Source of the DNA: a virus
Taxonomy: Duplodnaviria > Caudoviricetes
IMG/VR virus record: IMGVR_UViG_3300036796_000048
Location: 7,335 to 71,334 of that record
Reading direction: 5' to 3' (one strand)
Length of the DNA: 64,000 nucleotides
This document shows, one piece after another, positions 57,438 through 64,000 of the stretch. The number at the start of each line of letters is the position of its first letter. Positions within the stretch are counted from its first letter, which is position 1. The notes under the pieces were generated by a model. The model was not told the origin of the DNA and did no database searches. It saw only the letters and a program-made list of their open reading frames with translations. A program made the position numbers and the translations under genes.

Positions 57438-58126
57438 CAGTCCTGGCCATAGCCATATTATGGGCTGTAGCTGCAACCATTTTCGCTCCAACAACACCAC
57501 ATGCCAACGCTGATGTATTCAATTATCCATGTACTTACCCATTTGTGGGGTCAGGCGCTGATGTTAATGTGCTTGCTGATGTTGGCGGTCAATACTGCGA
57601 TGGTCCAACAGAAGTCAACTGGTCGCACTACCACTGTCAAACTATCAACGCAAATGTTAATATCGGCGCACTCGGCTTTGTCTCGGCGGGTGGCTTAAAT
57701 CTTGGTGGTTTCGGGGGCAATGGAATTGGCGGCAAAATCTTCGATTGCCACTACGTATGTCCTGATGGATTTATAGCACCATTTCCTAACCCGCCAGCCA
57801 AGTGGATTCAGCATATGGTGCTGAACCCCAAGGATAATGATTGTGACCAGCATATGGGTGTTCGTGGCCCAAGCAGTACGCCGATGGTAAATGAGTTACC
57901 CGGTAATATGCTGCCTGGTGAAGGTGCACCCCCTGGGGTGCCTGTACCAGTTGAGCCAGGTAGTTTACCGCCTGGTATGAATAATCCACCTGCTTTGCCT
58001 GGGCCGTCTGCTCCAGAAACGCCTAAAGAACCAGCATCTCCGACGCCTGGTGGTCAAGTACCAGGTGGAGAAAATAGCGACATACAATCGCCACTTACTC
58101 CTGGTGGTCCTATACCATTGCCTTAG
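57422..58126 (+). CDS. Secreted Cys-containing, Pro-rich protein (CDGP-like domain)
   Basis: Signal peptide ending ANA-D, YCDGPTE motif, Pro-rich tail. Confidence 0.6.
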   Translation: MRKKLTVLAIAILWAVAATIFAPTTPHANADVFNYPCTYPFVGSGADVNVLADVGGQYCDGPTEVNWSHYHCQTINANVNIGALGFVSAGGLNLGGFGGNGIGGKIFDCHYVCPDGFIAPFPNPPAKWIQHMVLNPKDNDCDQHMGVRGPSSTPMVNELPGNMLPGEGAPPGVPVPVEPGSLPPGMNNPPALPGPSAPETPKEPASPTPGGQVPGGENSDIQSPLTPGGPIPLP

Positions 58127-58350
58127 CGCAAGCCACGTAGTTTTTCCGGTCTGAAGCCGTGCCAGACGTCTTGCCCATGTACCACCATAGGCAGTTGATA
58201 ATTGCCGCTAGCCTCTACAAGCTTGCGGGCCTCTCTGTCCGTGGTAACATCTTTGGTTTCATACGGGATCTGGTGCTCGTCAAGCAGTTTCTTCGTGTAG
58301 GTGCACTGGACACATTCGGGCTTGGTGTAAACAACGACGGTATCGGACAT
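58123..58350 (-). CDS. nrdH: NrdH-like glutaredoxin
   Basis: VVVYTKPECVQCTYTK...LPMVV...WHGFRPEKL. Confidence 0.92.
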   Translation of the reverse strand: MSDTVVVYTKPECVQCTYTKKLLDEHQIPYETKDVTTDREARKLVEASGNYQLPMVVHGQDVWHGFRPEKLRGLR

Positions 58351-59166
58351 TGCAAACTTTCCCACTTTCAACAGATAGTTAGATGTACTAAATTTAAGAA
58401 TCCTCTAAGAGTTTTGGCTACATATGACCTGGTCCTAGCCTCAAGCGTACCCCATACGACCGGCTAGAATCGCCGCCTGGCTGCGAACGGGTGCTGGCCG
58501 GTACTCTCTACCCAGCGACCAGGGGTTTTAAGGTGGTGTTTCGCCAAGCCGAACGGGTCGAACCAGGCTGCGAATATGCTTGTGAATAAGTCAGCAATGT
58601 TCGCCGACCACGACCAGGCCTTTTGACCAGCGCGGATAAGGCCTGGTTGGGGTAATATCGGTATTGGATCGTCCCTGGTCGGGGACGAATCCGGCGACCG
58701 CGCTACGCGTGGTGCGTGAAACTAGCTTGGTGCGCTGTCTAGATTGCTTGGCGCCGTGTCTAAGTCGCGTATCTGCGCTATGCCGAGGGATATGGTACCG
58801 CCGTGAGGTGGAGCCGGATTGCTCGCGAGGTGGGCAAAGTCGTCGGAGTCCCTAAATAGTGGTGTTGTAGCGGATGTGGCGTTTTGCCCCTCCGACCGTG
58901 TTACACGTCTGTTACAGCAATCCCGTTTCCGTAATCTCGCCACTCGGTCTGCCGCCTATTAGGCCATCGCAGCGAACTGGACTTGTCCTGAGGAACGCAC
59001 TAGTGAGGTGAGCAATACCGCTAGATGTGTGTAGGTTGTAGTCAGCGGAAACATAATGGTTGTTGTTGGGCGCGTTTGAAAACGCGGCGGGTTCTGGGCC
59101 TAAACTCCCAGCGCCCTGCGGGTTAGTTAAATGCTAAGCCCAACCCAACAACCAAGAGGGAAGAAA

Positions 59167-59856
59167 ATGACGATGGTAACATCAAAACCAGCTCCAGCCG
59201 GTACGCTGCGATACCTACACGACTTGATCGTGAAAAAGGATCCAGCGAAGATGGCGGAAATGGTTGAAACCATGCCAGAGCCGTGGCAGGCTTTATGGCG
59301 TCGCATACTCAATGGGTTCGCTTACTGCGACAAAAAAGAGTATGGCCCTGAGGCACTTAACGACTTTCTGCTTTCAGACGAGTCACCTGTGTTGGAACAC
59401 TCCGACGCAAGCACTTTCATAGAACAATTGAGAAAGTTACCTTGGCATGACAGCCGTAATGTAAGCAATTACACTCCTGTAACTGAGGAGGGTATGTACC
59501 GCCGCGTTCGTGAGTGTGACGCTACCATTTATAAGGTACAGCGTGCTGTACACGGAAGTTGTAACCTGTACGCCAAGAAATTGGTTGTTACGGGGAGTGC
59601 CGAATATGGCAATGTGAAGGTGACGTTCGTTTATGCGCCTGGTGCCCTGAAGGGCATTTCAGCGGAAGACAAACTTAGCTATGCAGACGCCAAGGCGTTC
59701 GGCGCGTTGTATGGTACATGCTGCCGCTGCGGCAGAACGCTTACTCACGAGCTGTCGATTGCGCTTGGGATCGGCCCAGTTTGCGGTCGCCGTGAATTTG
59801 GCGGCGACTTCGAACAACTGATCGAGAAGGCAAAATTGGAGGTGGCGTCGAAATGA
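59167..59856 (+). CDS. Hypothetical protein with C-terminal DUF6011-like zinc ribbon
   Basis: CCRCGRTLT...SIALGIGPVC. Confidence 0.7.
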   Translation: MTMVTSKPAPAGTLRYLHDLIVKKDPAKMAEMVETMPEPWQALWRRILNGFAYCDKKEYGPEALNDFLLSDESPVLEHSDASTFIEQLRKLPWHDSRNVSNYTPVTEEGMYRRVRECDATIYKVQRAVHGSCNLYAKKLVVTGSAEYGNVKVTFVYAPGALKGISAEDKLSYADAKAFGALYGTCCRCGRTLTHELSIALGIGPVCGRREFGGDFEQLIEKAKLEVASK

Positions 59857-60089
59857 GTGAGCTATCACTAGGCATTCGTTATGCTAACTTCATTGCTAAG
59901 CATGAGGTAAGTAAGTACTGCTTCTTCTGTGAGTCCCGTCTCGACATGGACGGTAGCGGGATGTATAAAGAGGAAGTGGGTGAGTGGTGGTCAAAAACGC
60001 TACAAAATAGCGTTCTGGGCCACCCAGATTGCTTACCAGATTGTGAAGCTGCCTTAACCGGTAACGATCCAGAATGGAGCATGGCCTAA
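59853..60089 (+). CDS. Small zinc-binding protein
   Basis: CFFC...HPDC; ATGA overlap. Confidence 0.6.
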   Translation: MSELSLGIRYANFIAKHEVSKYCFFCESRLDMDGSGMYKEEVGEWWSKTLQNSVLGHPDCLPDCEAALTGNDPEWSMA

Positions 60090-60183
60090 ACTAAAACGCA
60101 CGGCGGATATTGGGGCTACGGTCCCAATATCCTGCGAGCAGTTTAGTTTGCTGTTCAACCCAACAACCAGAGGGAGAATAAAA

Positions 60184-61347
60184 GTGACATCAAGCGAAAA
60201 CATCATGAGTAAAATCATGAAATTGCTTGAGCGAGCTGAACATGAAGGTACGCCGCCAGAAGAGGCAGAATCATGTAGAGCTAAAGCGGATACTTTGATG
60301 GCGCAACACCAGATTGATCGTATGGATCTGAAGCCTGAAGAAAAATCTCGCATTAAGACTGACATTTGGGAAATCAACGTCGGTACCAATGATGAGTTCC
60401 GTTCTACTCTATTGGCCTTACTCGAAACTGTGCTGCGGTATTGTGGTATTCGCATCAATCCTAAGTGGCAATTTGGGAAAGATGCTAACGGAGCCACTGA
60501 TCTTGACCGCCGTCTCTACACGATCGTGGGCTTCCCTGAGGATATAGCTTATGCGGAACGTATTTGGTTCCGAGTCTTCAAAGAGTTTATCGGCAATTTG
60601 AGGCCTCATTGGGAGCTGAAAGACTCTATTGAGGCTAACGCCTACAACCTTTGTAGCGCTGGAATCGAATGGCAACAGATGGTCTTAATGGCCAATGATG
60701 CTGGTGATGAACGCATACCTGTATCCGAGATGGAACCGAGTCCTGATTGGCGCGGCATACGCAAGCCAGTTAAAGGTAACCGACCGCTAATCAAAGGCAT
60801 CAAGATGCTGCGCGACGGATACAAGGCTGAATGCGAACGTCGCGGTGAGTCTTATGACTACACTCGTGGTCGCAAGACGCGTGAGGCTTATCGTACCAGT
60901 TTCGCTCGCAGCTTCAACTCAACTATTAGCCAGCGTTTGCAGGAAATGCGACGCAAAGCTAAAGAGACTGTAAGCGATCAGGACAAGTTCTCTTTGGCCG
61001 TGATTGATACCAAGGAGAAGGTGGATGCAGAGTTTTACCGACTGTTTCCCGAATATGATCCTGAAGTACGCAGGCGTATGCAACAGGCCGCTACGGATGA
61101 GCAAATCGCAGCGTTCCTGGCAATGTCGCCTGAGGAACAAGCTTACGTAATTCGTGAAGTGGAGCGTGATGAGGCACGTTGGCGTAGGGCTAGCAATCGC
61201 AATCGTGTGAGTTATGGTCGAGTGCGTGAGAACCCTTACGACAACGTGGAATCAACGGCGTGGGCGCGTGGTCGTTCTGCGGCTGCTAAAGTCAACCTAC
61301 GCGACGACGGTGAAGTCAAAGACCAAAGTCGCAAGGGTCTGCGATGA
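60184..61347 (+). CDS. DUF2786-domain protein
   Basis: KIMKLLERAE...TPPEEAE...KA..LM..HQID; GTG start after the box and RBS. Confidence 0.75.
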   Translation: MTSSENIMSKIMKLLERAEHEGTPPEEAESCRAKADTLMAQHQIDRMDLKPEEKSRIKTDIWEINVGTNDEFRSTLLALLETVLRYCGIRINPKWQFGKDANGATDLDRRLYTIVGFPEDIAYAERIWFRVFKEFIGNLRPHWELKDSIEANAYNLCSAGIEWQQMVLMANDAGDERIPVSEMEPSPDWRGIRKPVKGNRPLIKGIKMLRDGYKAECERRGESYDYTRGRKTREAYRTSFARSFNSTISQRLQEMRRKAKETVSDQDKFSLAVIDTKEKVDAEFYRLFPEYDPEVRRRMQQAATDEQIAAFLAMSPEEQAYVIREVERDEARWRRASNRNRVSYGRVRENPYDNVESTAWARGRSAAAKVNLRDDGEVKDQSRKGLR

Positions 61348-61543
61348 CGGCATATAGCGTGCCAACGTGGTGGGTAGCCGGTATGGTTGCTGCGGTTAGG
61401 GCATTTTTAAGCCTAATGCTGTCATACTGGCTACTGTGGAACAATTTCCGAGTTCGTATAGCACGGCGGGTGCTCTGTTGGAGGCAGAGCATCCTGCGAG
61501 TTATGCGAAAATGGCATAACCAACCCAACAACCAGGGAGAAAA

Positions 61544-61828
61544 ATGAGAGTGTTGATGAACCACCAGGGTAACCTGGGATATGGTCCAGACCAAATCAAC
61601 AACCCCATTACGCTTAATGATTTGCTAGAACAAATTGAAGAGGCAATTGCGGAATGGGGTGGTGATGCAGAAGTGGTTGCTTATCAAACAAACAACGGTC
61701 ACGGCGCCAATTACGGTTCGATGTATCGTCACGAGTTGTTCGAAGCAGTTGATGGTGCATGTGAAGAATGCACAGGATCTGTCACCTGTGAATGTGATGA
61801 ATGTGTTGAACTCGATGGGAGAGGCTGA
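61544..61828 (+). CDS. Hypothetical protein
   Basis: Box + GGGAG RBS; C-terminal CEEC...CECDEC. Confidence 0.7.
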   Translation: MRVLMNHQGNLGYGPDQINNPITLNDLLEQIEEAIAEWGGDAEVVAYQTNNGHGANYGSMYRHELFEAVDGACEECTGSVTCECDECVELDGRG

Positions 61829-62073
61829 TGGCTACGATTCAGTCCAAAGACTATGGCGAGACTGAGGACAGGCTTACCAAAGACCCGATAGTCATTGCGA
61901 TGGCTGAAGATTTGAAAGGCTTGCCCTTTCATAGTCATGGTTGGTTACACGAAGATGATTCGCCAACCTTCAGCTTCATGCAACTCGTCAATGGCGAGTA
62001 TCGCAAACGTGGTGGACAAGATGGCGGCCATATCGGCGCTATCGCAGTCGCGATTTTGAGGCTGGTGAAGTAG
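61828..62073 (+). CDS. Hypothetical protein
   Basis: TGATG coupling. Confidence 0.6.
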   Translation: MATIQSKDYGETEDRLTKDPIVIAMAEDLKGLPFHSHGWLHEDDSPTFSFMQLVNGEYRKRGGQDGGHIGAIAVAILRLVK

Positions 62074-62348
62074 TGGATGAAATAATCCTTGCTGCGCTCA
62101 TGATGGTCTATATGAAATGGATCATCCTCGCAGGGCTATTTGCCATAAGCGTCCGGTGTTTCGTCCGGTACGCGAAGTGGCAAATCGCTAGGAACGATCT
62201 GAGGGCGGCTGAATGTGAGGCTACGGCCGCACGGGCCGACGAACAGAACGCTTACTACTCAGAAGGTGACCCGATAGGTACGTATGGCGAATATGATGCA
62301 TATACGATGCCTCTCGATGAACCGCGAGAGTGGTACGACTACAAATGA
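62073..62348 (+). CDS. Membrane-anchored hypothetical protein
   Basis: N-terminal hydrophobic helix, then a short coiled coil. Confidence 0.6.
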   Translation: MDEIILAALMMVYMKWIILAGLFAISVRCFVRYAKWQIARNDLRAAECEATAARADEQNAYYSEGDPIGTYGEYDAYTMPLDEPREWYDYK

Positions 62349-62445
62349 AAGGGTGGCCGGTAAATGGCAGCACGGCGGGTTCAAGCCCCGCCACCGGCGC
62401 TATGCGGTAATTGCCGCAGAACCCAACAACCAACAGGGAGTTAAA

Positions 62446-62703
62446 ATGCGAGCAATCGCAGCAATCATCGGGTTATACATCACGATGGTATGCGGTAGCA
62501 TCGTGATTGATGCTGCTACACCATATGCACACGCGCTAGGTCCATGTACCGATGCAAGGTCATCGGCGTGGAACGCTTATGACTGCGCGCGGTCGCCGAG
62601 TAATGACCTTACTTGCGACCCGATACTGAACCACGGTAACTGGCAGCAGTGTAACCAGAACCAATATCAGCGCCAGCAAGGCATTCAAGCACGCCTACCA
62701 TGA
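62446..62703 (+). CDS. Small secreted Cys-containing protein
   Basis: Signal peptide ending AHA; four Cys; box + RBS. Confidence 0.6.
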   Translation: MRAIAAIIGLYITMVCGSIVIDAATPYAHALGPCTDARSSAWNAYDCARSPSNDLTCDPILNHGNWQQCNQNQYQRQQGIQARLP

Positions 62704-62861
62704 ACCAGGTCTATCTGGAGTTGCCTAAAGGGTATATAGTGCCAGTCACGCAAACTGGCCGTACTTCAGGTAACTGTCTATTAGTCATAATGCCCATGGG
62801 TATTGAACAATGGGTACATATTGACCACATTCTGTTCTATGATGAGGTCGAAATGGTCTAG
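62700..62861 (+). CDS. Small hypothetical protein
   Basis: Manual translation MNQVYLELPKGYIVPVTQTG...; ATGA overlap. Confidence 0.5.
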   Translation: MNQVYLELPKGYIVPVTQTGRTSGNCLLVIMPMGIEQWVHIDHILFYDEVEMV

Positions 62862-62993
62862 CCTTAACCAGCCCGGTGGAGTAGAATAGGAGACATGCGG
62901 CGGGTGCTCAGATTCAGCGAATCTGAGCATCCTGCGGATGTTAGCCTATGAGGCGAATATCCAAACCAACAACCAGAGGGAGAACAAAACAAG

Positions 62994-63377
62994 ATGGCGA
63001 GGAATGTAAAGGATCCATCGTATAAGCGCATCCACAGATTACTTCCAGTAATGCGTGGTAAAGCTGCTTTTTACGATTGTGTCGACTGCGGACAACAAGC
63101 TCATGATTGGTCACACAAACATGGATCGGATAGAGACAATCTATTAAATTATGATCCGCGTTGCTGTAGCTGTCACATCAAATACGATTACACGTATGAG
63201 CGTCGTGTTCAGGTTGCTTTGATACAAAGCTCAAAACTGAATGAGGCTGATGTGAAAGCAATCATATTATTGTTAGCCCAAGGCTATAAACAAGCCGTAA
63301 TTGCGCGCATGTTTAGAGTTAGTAGGCCATTAATTTCTGACATTTACAGCTACAAGAAGTGGGGACACGTAGCATGA
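62994..63377 (+). CDS. HNH endonuclease-like protein with C-terminal HTH
   Basis: H...RGKA..YDCVDCG..A.DWSH...CCSCHIKYD plus LNEADVKAI...IARMFRVSRPLIS. Confidence 0.75.
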   Translation: MARNVKDPSYKRIHRLLPVMRGKAAFYDCVDCGQQAHDWSHKHGSDRDNLLNYDPRCCSCHIKYDYTYERRVQVALIQSSKLNEADVKAIILLLAQGYKQAVIARMFRVSRPLISDIYSYKKWGHVA

Positions 63378-64000
63378 GCAAGAATGTTGTCAATCCAAGC
63401 GGTTACCATTCATCTGGCCGTACTTTGCAAGAGAAAGCTACCAATTTCGGTTTGTATGTCAAGCAATTTGGTTGGAAGGGCAACTTTACAACCGATGCTG
63501 ATGGCAACGTCGATCTGGTAGCTACTCGCGGCGAAAATGAGCAAATTACTATAACCTGGTATGCAGGTGGCGGTGGTTTGGTCACTTACATCTTGGCCGG
63601 TGACAGCATTAAGTGTAACAACGTAAGTGCTGCGGCTAAAATTGCTAAAGAAAAGCCAGATCCGAGTAGGTTCCGACGCGCAGTTCGTAAGCGTAAGGTC
63701 GATGAAGATTACACTCCTGAAATGCTGGAAGACCTTCAAGGTACACTTCCGTTTGATCACGACTCAACTGATGATGAGATTAGAGCCGCGTTACTTGGTA
63801 AAACAATTACGTGGATCAATCGTTTTTCTGGTCAAGTTGAAACCGCTGACGTCAGCCCAAAGCCGAACCACTTTAGTGTGTGTCGGAATGGCAATGATTA
63901 TATCAATTTCGTGTATCCGATACCTGCGCGTGTTATGTCACGTTGGGGCAAGGAACACATGGAGTCTGATACATACGGTTTCAGACTCCATGTGTTCCTT
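63374..64000 (+). CDS. Hypothetical protein (3'-truncated by window edge)
   Basis: Manual translation MSKNVVNPSGYHSS... is open to the end of the window; ATGA overlap. Confidence 0.6.
   Translation, partial: MSKNVVNPSGYHSSGRTLQEKATNFGLYVKQFGWKGNFTTDADGNVDLVATRGENEQITITWYAGGGGLVTYILAGDSIKCNNVSAAAKIAKEKPDPSRFRRAVRKRKVDEDYTPEMLEDLQGTLPFDHDSTDDEIRAALLGKTITWINRFSGQVETADVSPKPNHFSVCRNGNDYINFVYPIPARVMSRWGKEHMESDTYGFRLHVFL

Larger units (their letters stand above)
59083..62975 (+). promoter_or_regulatory. Five-copy leader element: bulged hairpin + AACCCAACAACCA box + GGGAG RBS
   Basis: Hairpins at 59083, 60097, 61461, 62356 (variant) and 62889; boxes at 59142, 60157, 61522, 62420 and 62963. Confidence 0.8.

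Noticed and set aside
61344-61547. 67-aa ORF after the DUF2786 gene
   Set aside because: The ATGA overlap is suggestive, but its 3' half is the hairpin and AC-box leader; coding status could not be decided, so it is not listed.
62356-62400. Bona fide tRNA gene
   Set aside because: Lacks D and anticodon arms and an encoded CCA; kept only as a tRNA-like element.
59142-62975. CRISPR-like array from the AC boxes
   Set aside because: Spacing is 0.5-1.4 kb with whole genes between copies.
1-64000. Temperate lifestyle / prophage boundaries
   Set aside because: No integrase, repressor, parAB or host genes are seen; the rest of the genome is outside the window.

Overview
The window is most of the genome of a low-GC (about 50% by eye) tailed phage of Mycobacteriales. 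Host clues are LysB, a PE-PPE-type hydrolase, DUF732-like and CDGP-like secreted proteins, NrdH and cell-wall-hydrolase domains in the tape measure. Virtually every gene is on the + strand; NrdH is the only convincing minus-strand gene. Order: (1) 1-17.1 kb replication and nucleotide metabolism (SSB, FAD oxidoreductase, HAD phosphatase, Nmad1/DUF1599-like, DnaE split in two, divergent ThyX, RuvC-like, MazG-like, primase-helicase); (2) 17.1-17.4 kb inverted-repeat iteron array, a likely origin; (3) 17.5-24 kb small zinc-finger and basic proteins plus a probable small terminase; (4) 24-37 kb head module; (5) 37-53.5 kb tail; (6) 53.6-58.1 kb lysis; (7) about 750 bp non-coding gap; (8) 59-64 kb early-type genes preceded by a repeated hairpin plus AC-rich box. 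No integrase, repressor, CRISPR array or canonical tRNA was seen. Most striking: (a) scaffold and major capsid protein share an N-terminal ubiquitin-like RLWGG|DG motif encoded by an identical 23-nt sequence, in a head module with papain-like and JAMM proteases but no recognisable canonical prohead protease; (b) a five-copy covarying RNA leader element in the early region, one copy being tRNA-like; (c) a candidate modified-nucleotide pathway around a ThyX with altered active-site motifs. All family calls are from motif recognition by eye, not database searches.
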